Source: Pseudomonadota bacterium (GTDB taxonomy: Bacteria; Pseudomonadota; Gammaproteobacteria; Steroidobacterales; Steroidobacteraceae). Taken from it: a stretch of DNA of 39,012 nucleotides. A model generated the notes under the pieces. The model saw nothing but the letters and a program-made list of their open reading frames with translations, searched no databases and had not been told where the DNA came from. Of the stretch, positions 28,075 through 36,293 are shown piece by piece (positions within the stretch are counted from its first letter, which is position 1; each line of letters starts with the position of its first letter). Both the position numbers and the translations under genes were made by a program. The stretch lies in contig JAJXWE010000001.1 of assembly GCA_021781775.1 (NCBI GenBank), forward strand, positions 1 through 39,012, read 5' to 3'.

Positions 28075-29175
28075 ATGTCCCTCATTCTTTCCAAAATCAT
28101 TGAGGTGCTGTCCTGGCTCGCGGTGCCGGTCGGACTCGTCTGCTTGGTTGATGACTGGCTGCTCAGGCCGGCGCGCCGGGCGCGGGCCGGGGGTGTGCCG
28201 CCCGCCAAGCCTGCGGTGATCACCTTCTGCTATCGCGCGCTGCCCATCCTTCTGGTGGCGGTGGTGCTATGGATATTGGCCACTCAGAGGGTCAACTTCA
28301 GCCTGGTGCTGGTCATCATCACGGCCGTGAGCGGGCTGATCTGGCTGGTGGATGCGCTGCTGCTCGCGCCGCGCCGCAGGCGCGCCGCCGAGGCGCCGGG
28401 GGCCGATGGCAGCGCCCGGATCGAACCCACCACGGTCGATTACGCACGCAGCTTCTTTCCGGTGGCGCTCGCGGTGCTGCTGCTGCGTGCCTTCGTGATC
28501 GAGCCCTTCCGTATCCCCTCCGATTCCATGATGCCCACGCTCCTCGACGGGGACTTCATCGTGGTGGACAAGTTCGCCTACGGCCTGCGGCTGCCGGTCA
28601 TTCACACCAAGATCCTCGACACGGGCGAGCCGCATCGCGGTGATGTGATGGTGTTCCGCCCGCCTTTGCACCCTTCGCAGGACTGGATCAAGCGCGTGGT
28701 GGGCCTGCCTGGGGATCATGTCGTGGTGCGCGACGATCGCATCACGATCAACGGACAGGCGGTGCCGTTCAAGGTGACGGGCACCTACGACGACGGGTGC
28801 TACCAGAACATGGAGATCGCCACTGAGCATCTCGGCATGCACATTCACCATGCACTGCTGTGTCCCGTGCCGCTCGAGGAAACTTCCGACCCGCTGCCGA
28901 CCTGCGCGCGCGCCGATACGCACGGCTATATCTGCGGCGGCACGCCGCCACCGGATGCTCTGCCGCTGCTCGAACAAAAGGTGGTCGATATGACCGTGCC
29001 CCCGGGCGAGTACATGGTGATGGGCGACAATCGCGACAACAGCGACGACAGCCGCGTCTGGGGCTTCGTGCCCGAGAAAGATCTGGTCGGCAAAGCCGAG
29101 TTCATCTGGTTCAACTGGGACATCGCGCGCAAGGGCGGGCCGATCTGGGGCCGAATTGGCAAGGAAATTCATTAG
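28075..29175 (+). CDS. lepB: Signal peptidase I (S26 family), E. coli LepB-like architecture
   Basis: ATG 28075 is preferred over TTG 28048. Two N-terminal TM segments are present, plus the catalytic Ser box RIPSDSMMPTLLDGDFIVVDKFAYG, the GDVMVFRPP block, the Lys box IKRVVGLPGD and the box E motif MGDNRDNSDDSRVWGFVP. Confidence 0.9.
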   Translation: MSLILSKIIEVLSWLAVPVGLVCLVDDWLLRPARRARAGGVPPAKPAVITFCYRALPILLVAVVLWILATQRVNFSLVLVIITAVSGLIWLVDALLLAPRRRRAAEAPGADGSARIEPTTVDYARSFFPVALAVLLLRAFVIEPFRIPSDSMMPTLLDGDFIVVDKFAYGLRLPVIHTKILDTGEPHRGDVMVFRPPLHPSQDWIKRVVGLPGDHVVVRDDRITINGQAVPFKVTGTYDDGCYQNMEIATEHLGMHIHHALLCPVPLEETSDPLPTCARADTHGYICGGTPPPDALPLLEQKVVDMTVPPGEYMVMGDNRDNSDDSRVWGFVPEKDLVGKAEFIWFNWDIARKGGPIWGRIGKEIH

Positions 29176-29458
29176 GCGCTGTCCATTGCCCGCGCCCGGC
29201 GCGTCCCATTTAAGCAGCAATCCAGGGTCAGAATAATTTGCGCGAAAGGCGGTCGCTGGAATGTCTGCAGCTTCGCCCCCGGAACGGCAGCTTCTGGGCC
29301 GCGCCAATGGCTTTCCCGGGTTGAGCGGGCATTTGCGTAGAGCCGGGGCCAGGAACGGCGCCGCTTTGCACGCGCGCTCCCTGCATGCGTGGAATTGAGA
29401 CCCCGGAGAGGGAGCTGAAAAGGGCAGGCTTGCCTGTGTTGTGCCAGTTTACCACGCC

Positions 29459-29959
29459 TTATGTTGGGTTTAGCGTCTCGGCTGAGGGCAAAAGCCACTT
29501 CTCCATGCGATAGTTCGTCATGGACACGCCGCGCACTATGACCGTCTGCAGGCCGATAACGCGGAATCCAATTTCCTCAAATACGGGGCACGCTGTAATG
29601 CTCGCCTCCGTGTAGAGGCGATCCAGGCCTCGAGTCCGAGCCAGTCACTCGATATGCGTGAGCAGCGCGCGAGCGACGCCACGGCGCTGAAAGTCGGGAT
29701 GGACATAGAGCATGTCAATGTGGCCGTCTGGCTCAATGTCCGAGAAACCAGCGATGCGATGTTCGCACTCAGCGATCCAGGTCGGCTTGGCTGCGCATCG
29801 TCGTGCGAATGCATCATGATCGATCAGATCCGGCGCCCAAGCCTGCACTTGCGAGTCGGTATAGTCACGCCGCCCGATGTTCCGCACAGAAGTGCGGAAG
29901 AGAGCGACCAGACCCGCAACGTCGTCGGTTTGATAAGGCCGGATCGTGATTGCAGGCAT
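29459..29959 (-). pseudogene. GNAT-family N-acetyltransferase interrupted by an in-frame TGA
   Basis: The track ORF 29645-29959 ends ...FQRRGVARALLTHIE at TGA (29645-29647). The same frame continues LARTRGLDRLYTEASITACPVFEEIGFRVIGLQTVIVRGVSMTNYRMEK... to TAA at 29459-29461. That stretch is the expected C-terminal half of a GNAT fold, translated by hand from the reverse complement. Confidence 0.8.
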
Positions 29960-29965
29960 GTCGTC

Positions 29966-30220
29966 TCAGCTGCTCGGGCGTGAGCGGCTCAGTGCGATAG
30001 GCGCTGTCTCGAGACGACGCCGGAGGTCCGCCAACTCTCGGTCGCGACGCCCAAGCAAGCTCTGTAGGTCCCGGTAGGCTGCATAATAGTGGTCGACCAG
30101 CGCAGCAAGTTTACCGAGTTGTTCGCGGAGCTGCGCGGCTTCGCGCCGTAGCCGTAGAGTCGGCGCATCCGCGCGCGCTCTGCGCGCTGACTGGGGAGCT
30201 GAATCAGACGTTGTGCTCAT
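29966..30220 (-). CDS. ginD: Small helical/coiled-coil protein, fourth gene of the recombinase operon (GinD-like)
   Basis: 84 aa, Arg/Leu/Ala/Glu-rich with heptad-like stretches (LRREAAQLREQLGKLAALVDHYYAAYRDLQSLLGRRDRELADLRRRLE). Its ATG overlaps the stop of the upstream recombinase (ATGA at 30217-30220). The assignment rests on position and size only. Confidence 0.55.
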   Translation of the reverse strand: MSTTSDSAPQSARRARADAPTLRLRREAAQLREQLGKLAALVDHYYAAYRDLQSLLGRRDRELADLRRRLETAPIALSRSRPSS

Positions 30221-32094
30221 GGGGGTGCATCGGCGTCTATTGAACGAACCATGGAAAGTGCTTCGGTGAGGCGTTCACGGGCAATCTTGAGAGTCTGGGT
30301 CGGGAGCGATGGGTCGCGAAGCAGCGCCTCATGGCGCTTCGCCTGATCCAGCCAGTAGGAGCGATGCTCGCTTGAGATGACAAAATTCTTGCAGCGCGCG
30401 CAGGTCGAGGGTTCGCGCCACTCTGGGTTGGGCCCGAATGCGTCGCCCCGGCAGGCGCTGTACTCCTCGCGGTAGACACAGAAACCCCAGTCACAGACGC
30501 CGAGGGTGAGGCCCGCTTCGACGAGCAGCCGAGCGTAGCTCTTCACATCCTGCTTGATCGAGCGGCCCCGAAACTGCGGTCGCTTTGCCACGAGTTCCGC
30601 GCCTGCACGTCCGCCGAGCTGTGGAACGCTCAGCATGTGCTCCCAGGCCGCGACGGACTGCTGGAGGACCTCGGCTTCGATTTCCTGCTGCAAGGAGTAA
30701 TCGGTGCCGACATATCCGGTGTCCGTAATGGCGCGATCTCGGTGTCCCAGATGTTGGGCGAGAGCGAATAGCGATGTTCGGTCCCTCAGCGCAACGAAGC
30801 GAGCAAAAGTCTTGCGGCCCTGATGCGTCGAGAGCCGCCAGCGTTGTCCCCTGTGCAGCGGCAAGGAGAGTCGGGCTGCAAAACGTCCCAACCATTGGTT
30901 GATCCGAGTTGTGCTGGGAATCCAAAGCGGTTCGACGCTATTTGACTCCCACTCTGTTACACCACGAAATCCAGCTCGGGCTCGCTGCCAAAGCTCGGGG
31001 CGGCTGGTGCGAAGCCGATGGGGCGCGGAAAGCGCCTCAAGAACCGCGATAGCATGCACAGCAGGCTCGGGAGCCACCCACTGGTGTGATCGTCCATGAT
31101 AACCAGGTTCGAGCTTGAAAATGGTTCCGGTCAGGACGGCAACGGTACTAGCGGTTTCGTCGTCAAGCGGCCGGATGCAGCCGCTCTGAAGGTGCAGAAT
31201 CTCGCTCACCCGCGCACCGACGAGGTACGCGATCACGATGAAACAGGCGGCGTAGAGCATGTCGACGAGCTCGTAGAACTCCGAGAGCGTTCGAAATGTG
31301 TACACGCCGAGAGGAGTACAAATCGGCTGGGCGCGCAGCCGCCTGGCAGCCTCACGATAACGCGCTTTGTCGCCCGGGGCCCGGCGTTGAACCTGAGTCA
31401 TCAAAGCGGCGTAGATCTCGCGTGCGCGCAGGACATCAACCGCACAGGCGGTCAGAAACTCGATGGCCCCGTGCACCAGAGGCACGACGATGGCATCCGG
31501 CGTGTAAGCGCGAGAGACGCGCTGACAGCGGTATACGCCCGCCGCGGCGTGCGTGCCACGACCGGGCCAAGGATCGAATGTCAGTCCATCGCCGATGAGC
31601 GATTGGTAGCGGCGCAAGTAGCCGAACACTCTCAGGTGCATTGCAAGAGTTGTGGGCGTGATGGGCTTGCCATCGTGCCGTGTCCGCGCAGCGATCTGCT
31701 GCTTGAAGTCCGCTATCGCCGTCGCGTCGAGCTCGTCGAATCGCGTGAAGCCCTCGCACTCCATCCAACGGACCAGCGTGCGCAAATGGTTGAAATAGAC
31801 CAGTACTGTAACTGCGCGTTGGGCGACCCCGGTGCCCAGAGATCGTGTGCGAACGAGGGCGATGAGCCGACGGGCGCTCTCCAAGAGCGCCGCACAGGCT
31901 GGGTCGGTGAAGCGCCGTCCGCTCGGGAGCGCAAAAGCCCAGGAGAAGCGGACCGGACGCTCTTCCTCGAGTACAGAAGTCGGGGCGAAGATCCAGGTCG
32001 CATCGCTCCAGAGCGAATCACGCAGGAACCAATCGCGTCGACTCGCCTCGCTGGCAGACGCGTGGGATATCCGAGCTGTGGTTGCAGCGCTCAT
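30217..32094 (-). CDS. ginC: Tyrosine recombinase, third of trio (GinC-like)
   Basis: Start placed at ATG 32094, which overlaps the upstream stop (ATGA). The longer ORF from 32331 would overlap the previous gene by 240 nt. 625 aa. Catalytic signature: VGARVSEIL (Arg), HQGRKTFA (H-x-x-R), LGHRDRAITDTGYVG (His, Tyr). Confidence 0.8.
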   Translation of the reverse strand: MSAATTARISHASASEASRRDWFLRDSLWSDATWIFAPTSVLEEERPVRFSWAFALPSGRRFTDPACAALLESARRLIALVRTRSLGTGVAQRAVTVLVYFNHLRTLVRWMECEGFTRFDELDATAIADFKQQIAARTRHDGKPITPTTLAMHLRVFGYLRRYQSLIGDGLTFDPWPGRGTHAAAGVYRCQRVSRAYTPDAIVVPLVHGAIEFLTACAVDVLRAREIYAALMTQVQRRAPGDKARYREAARRLRAQPICTPLGVYTFRTLSEFYELVDMLYAACFIVIAYLVGARVSEILHLQSGCIRPLDDETASTVAVLTGTIFKLEPGYHGRSHQWVAPEPAVHAIAVLEALSAPHRLRTSRPELWQRARAGFRGVTEWESNSVEPLWIPSTTRINQWLGRFAARLSLPLHRGQRWRLSTHQGRKTFARFVALRDRTSLFALAQHLGHRDRAITDTGYVGTDYSLQQEIEAEVLQQSVAAWEHMLSVPQLGGRAGAELVAKRPQFRGRSIKQDVKSYARLLVEAGLTLGVCDWGFCVYREEYSACRGDAFGPNPEWREPSTCARCKNFVISSEHRSYWLDQAKRHEALLRDPSLPTQTLKIARERLTEALSMVRSIDADAPP

Positions 32095-33860
32095 CGCAGT
32101 GGAGGGAGCGAGGGCAGCTCGGGAAGCAGCCGCTGCGCCTGCGCGATCTCGGCAGTTGCAAAGCGAGTCAGAATGTCCTCCTCGAGAATCCTGAGCGGCG
32201 GCGCATAGATCGATTCCCAGCGCACCGGATGTACGTGCGCCGCGGCGGACGCCAGGTGATCCCGCGCTTGAAGAAGCCGCGCGAGCGTGCGCGTATCGTG
32301 CGGGATCACGGCGTTGGGGCAGGTGAAGCAACCCAAGAAGTTGCCGCAGAGCTCCCCGGCTCGAGTACCAGGGGCGACTCCGGCCAGTGGGTCAAGGCAG
32401 TCGAATCCGAACATGGAAACGGCCGTTGCAGGCGGGACGACCATCTGACCGCCGGGTGCCGTGGCGGTGGTTGCTGGAGTGACGCCGCCATGATCGAGCC
32501 CTCGTGTGGTTCCTTCGAGATGCCCTACAAACACGCGTTGCAGGGCTGCGATCCGCGTCCGATTTTGCGCCTCGACCTCCGGAGACTCCACATATCCGAT
32601 GGTCGTGGAGAGCTGCGCGTGGTTCGCCACCCCCTTCACCGTCATGAGATCGCCTGTGGCCCAGTAGATGCTCGTCAACATGCTTGGCCGGATCGACGCC
32701 GGCGCGACGTGCTTGAGCCCATGCCGTACCTCGAAGTCCCGAATCGGCTGCACCAGCACGTAGTTTGTCAGCACGTGGACGCCCGACGAGCTCTTAAGGA
32801 GAAATAGGCGCTCGCGCTCAGTAATCGTCGAGTGCGGGCGCAAACGGCGCGTCCACTCGATGAGCTCACGCACGAGCATCGGTGGCTCGATGGGTGTGGA
32901 GCTACGGAAAGAGCGGCGCTGAAGCGCGGCCGCTCGAGGCTTGGCCCATACGAGAAACTCTCGATCCTCGAGCAGCGGAACCGGCTGAAGGCACTGGCAC
33001 TCGAGCTCGGCGATGGCCCACGCGTTGCCAGCGGTGTGAATCAGGATGGCGAGGTAATACGGCAGAATGGTGTCGAGGCCCGGATACAGACATGATTCGA
33101 CGTGCTTCCGGCCCCCGACCTTCGAGACCGCCAAGTAACAGCGGTAATTGCCTCGAGAAACGAGTACCTTGTCTCGAGGTACGACGCCACCGAAACGCTG
33201 ATCGATGTACGCCAGGAGCGCGCCACGAGACGCGAGCGGGTCAGCGCAGTCTTGCCGAGCGGACTCCCGTTCTTCGTCGGCGCGCCGGCGTTCGGTGCGT
33301 AGCTGCAGGATATCGCGCTCGCACGCTCGAAGCAGTGCGCGGATCTCCTGCGCGCCCGCCTTTACGCGCCTCAGCGTGTCGCGCCGTCGCCACGGAAACG
33401 GATTGAAGGGATACTCGATACGGGCGAGCAGTCCCGGACGGCAGCGTTCAAGCCACTGCAAGAGCTTGGTCACCGCTCCGTAAACCGCGCTGCGCGTCGG
33501 CTTGCTCCAAGGCCGGCCGTTCGCGGCCCGTTGGTTATTGAGCCACTCGACGTACCGCGCAAGAACGTCGCCGCCGAGGTCGTTGAGGCTGCGCACCGCG
33601 TCCGTCTCCGCGACAAAGCGCGCGAAGACCTTCAGCCGGCGCCACGAATCCTGGGCAGAATGTGGTGGTCGAGCCCCGTAATGATTACGGAAGGCATCGG
33701 CCAATGCTCGCCGCACGTCCTTTGGCAGCGTCAGCGTACCGAAATCGACCACCACGCCGCCCAACCGCAGCGGAGCACCGAGCGACCCTGCGGTCCCGAG
33801 ACCCGCAGGGTCTCCGCTTTGCGGCAATACTCTCCGGATGCGTTCTCGCCCCCGTGCCAT
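32091..33860 (-). CDS. ginB: Tyrosine-recombinase-family protein, second of trio (GinB-like), with a non-canonical active site by eye
   Basis: 589 aa, starting 3 nt after the upstream stop. The C-terminal box ANHAQLSTTIGYV (His...Tyr) and SIRPSMLTS (Arg) are recognisable. However, the box I Arg position reads TAGNAWAIAEL, and the His of H-x-x-R appears to be replaced (PASIRPS). Confidence 0.75.
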   Translation of the reverse strand: MARGRERIRRVLPQSGDPAGLGTAGSLGAPLRLGGVVVDFGTLTLPKDVRRALADAFRNHYGARPPHSAQDSWRRLKVFARFVAETDAVRSLNDLGGDVLARYVEWLNNQRAANGRPWSKPTRSAVYGAVTKLLQWLERCRPGLLARIEYPFNPFPWRRRDTLRRVKAGAQEIRALLRACERDILQLRTERRRADEERESARQDCADPLASRGALLAYIDQRFGGVVPRDKVLVSRGNYRCYLAVSKVGGRKHVESCLYPGLDTILPYYLAILIHTAGNAWAIAELECQCLQPVPLLEDREFLVWAKPRAAALQRRSFRSSTPIEPPMLVRELIEWTRRLRPHSTITERERLFLLKSSSGVHVLTNYVLVQPIRDFEVRHGLKHVAPASIRPSMLTSIYWATGDLMTVKGVANHAQLSTTIGYVESPEVEAQNRTRIAALQRVFVGHLEGTTRGLDHGGVTPATTATAPGGQMVVPPATAVSMFGFDCLDPLAGVAPGTRAGELCGNFLGCFTCPNAVIPHDTRTLARLLQARDHLASAAAHVHPVRWESIYAPPLRILEEDILTRFATAEIAQAQRLLPELPSLPPLR

Positions 33861-33863
33861 GTT

Positions 33864-35096
33864 CTAAGCCTGATCGAGCAGGGAGTCCAGAACGTCCGTC
33901 AAAACTACCCTATCGACGGCGATCGCGCGCAGGTATCGATCTGTTGTCGCGATGTGCTCGTGCCCCATTAGGACCTTCACGATCAGCAGCGGGTTGATCG
34001 CCGCGCCCTGGCTGGCAAGTCGCTCCAGTCTCGCCAACAGCATGCACGCAAAGGTCGAACGCAGCAGATGCGTGGTTGCGCGAAATCCGCAAACCTCGCC
34101 GGTATCGGCGGTCACTTGCTGGTAGCTGTTCTTCTTGACCGGGCGGCCCCAGCTGTTGATGAACAGCTCTCCGCGATCCACTGCTCCCCGCTTCCGTACG
34201 GCGCGCTTGATCCAGGCACGACGGTGCTCGGCCAAATAGCCGGTGGTCTCCTGCAAGAGCGAGTCCGCGGCGATCACGTACCCGCTCTTGCGTCCTTTGC
34301 GTAGCACTTCAATCACGTGATGCGGCGGCGCGCCAGAGGATCGGCGGGCGACCCCGTGCTTCAGGACATCGTTTACTGTGAGCCTGAGCAACTCGCTCAC
34401 TCGAAGACCGGTATACAGCTGCCAGCGCGCCATCAGGTCGTACGGGGGCGGCAGCCGCGCCAGCAGCTCACGCAGCTGCGCGCTCGTCAAGGGGCGAGGT
34501 AGAGTCTCGAACTGGCGCAACACGAACAGACTGTGGTCAGCACCGGTGTCGTTCCTTCGCGCCCGTGAGCGGCTTCGGCGGGAGATCGTGAAATCGGTCC
34601 CACGTCCTGCCAGGTCAGAACTGCTCAGCCAACCGTTGCGGAGCATCCACTCATAGAATCGCAATACACCGCGCACCCGGTGGTTGATGGTCCGCACGCC
34701 ATATGGGCGCCCCGTGTGAGCGCTAGGCTCGCGCAACATGCGGTTGCGGTAGGCAACGAGATCGGCCGCATCGGCCGAGCTCCATGGGATGCCGCTCTGT
34801 TCGAGAGCGTCGAACCAGTCGTACAGAACCTCCATGTAGGTGTTTAACGTGTCGGAGGTATGCGCCCGCCGGATCGCGTGCTCGTGCAAATATGCGAGTG
34901 CCGGCTCAATGAGCTCGAAGTGGGCGCTGAAAAGAAGGGGGAATCCTGCCGGCCTCGGCTCCCGCAACTTGATCGACTGCGCGGCGGCCGCCGCCTCTCG
35001 TAGCTGCGGGATGACCTCTGACGGCGATGGCAGGATGCCCTTGCGAACGATCTCAACCACGAGCGCGTATACGCTCTTGTAGGCACTTGACGGCAT
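33864..35096 (-). CDS. ginA: Tyrosine recombinase, first of trio (GinA-like)
   Basis: 410 aa. There is an N-terminal SAM-like core-binding domain (...LVAYRNRMLRE...TINHRVRGVLRFYEWM). Catalytic residues: YTGLRVSELLRL (Arg), HLLRSTFA (H-x-x-R), LMGHEHIATTDRYL (His, Tyr). An alternative GTG start at 35060 is possible. Confidence 0.85.
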   Translation of the reverse strand: MPSSAYKSVYALVVEIVRKGILPSPSEVIPQLREAAAAAQSIKLREPRPAGFPLLFSAHFELIEPALAYLHEHAIRRAHTSDTLNTYMEVLYDWFDALEQSGIPWSSADAADLVAYRNRMLREPSAHTGRPYGVRTINHRVRGVLRFYEWMLRNGWLSSSDLAGRGTDFTISRRSRSRARRNDTGADHSLFVLRQFETLPRPLTSAQLRELLARLPPPYDLMARWQLYTGLRVSELLRLTVNDVLKHGVARRSSGAPPHHVIEVLRKGRKSGYVIAADSLLQETTGYLAEHRRAWIKRAVRKRGAVDRGELFINSWGRPVKKNSYQQVTADTGEVCGFRATTHLLRSTFACMLLARLERLASQGAAINPLLIVKVLMGHEHIATTDRYLRAIAVDRVVLTDVLDSLLDQA

Positions 35097-35364
35097 CCAC
35101 GAACGAGAGTTTCTCCACGTGCATCGTCAAGTCGATCGCGCCTCCGCCGCCCTTCTTCGCACGGGTGTCGTACCACTTGGCCCCAGACGTCAGGATCTCA
35201 AACTCACCGCACGCGGTACGCAGGTGCCAGCGACGGCTCGTCATGTCCTTTATGGGCCTGTAGGTCGGATCTGCCTTGAGATAGATCGCCAGTAACGCCA
35301 GGGCGTCCTCGCCGTGCATGGCGCGAAGGCGCGCGACTGTTGCCAGATTAAATCTTCGACCCAC
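35053..35364 (-). CDS. Small protein resembling a primase-type CHC2 zinc-finger domain that has lost its Cys/His ligands (function unknown)
   Basis: The pattern LATVARLRAMHGEDALALLAIYLKADP.YRPIK....RWHLRTACGEFEILTSGAKWYDTRAKKGGGGAIDLTMHVEKLSFVDAVKCL parallels the DnaG/TraC N-terminal finger (...CPFH...F.CFGCG.GGD.I.F.M......F.EAV..L) without the metal ligands. The start is uncertain: GTG 35364 is chosen, and the ORF is open up to 35505. The 3' end overlaps the ginA-like start by 44 nt. Confidence 0.45.
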   Translation of the reverse strand: MGRRFNLATVARLRAMHGEDALALLAIYLKADPTYRPIKDMTSRRWHLRTACGEFEILTSGAKWYDTRAKKGGGGAIDLTMHVEKLSFVDAVKCLQERIRARG

Positions 35365-35647
35365 AGCTCGGCTCTCGAAGTCGCACAGACCCTCCCCGGA
35401 CCCCTCCCGGCTACTCGCCTCTTGCAGAGCGCCTTGGGAAAGGAAGGGGGAGTCTAGAAGAGATCGGAAAGAGATGGAGGGCGGGCTTGCTGGAGTTCCC
35501 AACATATCACGCCGGACTTGCCGTCAAGATCTGCGCGCGACCATTCTGGCCGTGCTCGCGAGCGCCTCCGGCGATCCTGACGGCTTCGCTGCGGCGTGGG
35601 GCTTCGTCCTCGGGCAATCCCGCCCGAGATCAAGACGGAGCTCGCTC

Positions 35648-36142
35648 ATGAGCACGCTCAATTCGCTTCTCATTCGCGATCAACAGCTCGGCGTCGTGCG
35701 CAACGCGACGGCCGACGAAATCATCGAGGCCGCCCGCTCATGCGTGGCGCACAAGGTGCGCCGTGGCGCGTCTCTCGCGTCACCGATTGCCGCCCGGGAC
35801 TATCTGGTCCTGCGCTTCGCAGAGCTGCAGCACGAAGTCTTCTGCGTGATCTACCTGGACAGCCGGCACCGCGTGATCGAGTGCCAGGATCTCTTCCGCG
35901 GCACGATTGATGGAGCGAGCGTCCATCCGCGGGAGGTCGTGAAGGAGGCTCTGCGACGGAACGCCGCCGCGTGCGTGCTGGTGCACAATCACCCGAGCGG
36001 CGTCGCGGAACCGAGCCCGGCAGACGAGCTGATCACCCGGAGACTTCAGGACGCGCTGCAGCTCGTCGATATCCGCGTGCTCGATCACCTTATCGTGGCG
36101 GCTGGCGGCATCACCAGCTTTGCGGAGCGCGGTCTTCTGTGA
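35648..36142 (+). CDS. radC: RadC-like JAB/MPN-domain protein (DUF2466)
   Basis: 164 aa from ATG 35648. Seen: EVFCVIYLDSRHRVIECQDLFRGTIDGASVHPREVVKEALRRNAAACVLVHNHPSGVAEPSPADELITRRLQDAL.LVDIRVLDHLIV, including the HNHPSG JAMM-like motif. This short form is typical of mobile elements. Confidence 0.9.
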   Translation: MSTLNSLLIRDQQLGVVRNATADEIIEAARSCVAHKVRRGASLASPIAARDYLVLRFAELQHEVFCVIYLDSRHRVIECQDLFRGTIDGASVHPREVVKEALRRNAAACVLVHNHPSGVAEPSPADELITRRLQDALQLVDIRVLDHLIVAAGGITSFAERGLL

Positions 36143-36154
36143 CGGAAAGCGTCG

Positions 36155-36181
36155 CCCGGCTCCGGTTCATCCGGAGTCGGG
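36155..36181 (+). terminator. Candidate intrinsic terminator after radC
   Basis: CCCGGCTCCGG (36155-36165), loop TTCAT, CCGGAGTCGGG (36171-36181). This is an 11-bp stem with one G-U pair, followed by the moderately U-rich UGGUGCUAUUGCGGUUUC. It lies 13 nt after the radC stop. Confidence 0.45.
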
Positions 36182-36293
36182 TGGTGCTATTGCGGTTTCA
36201 AATGGTCGCTGTGCCGTCTGATTTGCAGGCGAGGGGGAATTCCCTTCCGTGCCCCGCGGAACCCGATGAGGCCGTATCGGGATCTGGTGCCGA

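Larger units (their letters stand above)
26961..35522 (-). mobile_element. Candidate GInt-type genomic island: ginABCD-like operon, ~3 kb cargo, AT-rich distal end. Boundaries are tentative.
   Basis: The architecture matches the published GInt description as I recall it: three integrases plus a small gene in one operon, then cargo, then a short AT-rich 3' end, flanked by imperfect direct repeats. Candidate repeats are AGCACGACGCGCTTGCC (26961-26977) and ATCACGCCGGACTTGCC (35506-35522), 13/17 identical, which is statistically weak on its own. Confidence 0.4.

Noticed and set aside
26229-29215. Shared CCATTTAAGC motif at 26229-26238 and 29206-29215, considered as repeats bracketing the transposase-PadR-lepB block
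   Set aside because: Only a 10-mer is exact. Hundreds of 10-mer pairs are expected by chance in 39 kb, and the flanking similarity is poor.
29176-29458. 283-bp non-coding gap after lepB with a plus-strand reading ...PRQWLSRVERAFA-stop, faintly reminiscent of IS5-family transposase C-termini
   Set aside because: The similarity is limited to a few residues, the reading is interrupted by stops, and there are no inverted repeats. Too weak to call an IS relic.
28267-32208. 346-aa minus-strand ORF opposite lepB (28267-29307) and 370-aa plus-strand ORF opposite the third recombinase (31096-32208)
   Set aside because: Both lie antisense to genes with clear catalytic motifs, and neither shows a domain signature.
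35506-35650. Possible missing N-terminal part of the truncated transposase on the far side of the recombinase element (minus-strand frames reading ...GSPEALASTARMVARRS and ...RRRRSRARPEWS...)
   Set aside because: The resemblance to the expected ...GRP....LIRRMA.ENP.WGA motif is loose, the frames carry stops, and the expected upstream WHR-type region would have to lie inside the intact radC gene. Probably Arg-rich noise, so I cannot claim the element split this IS.
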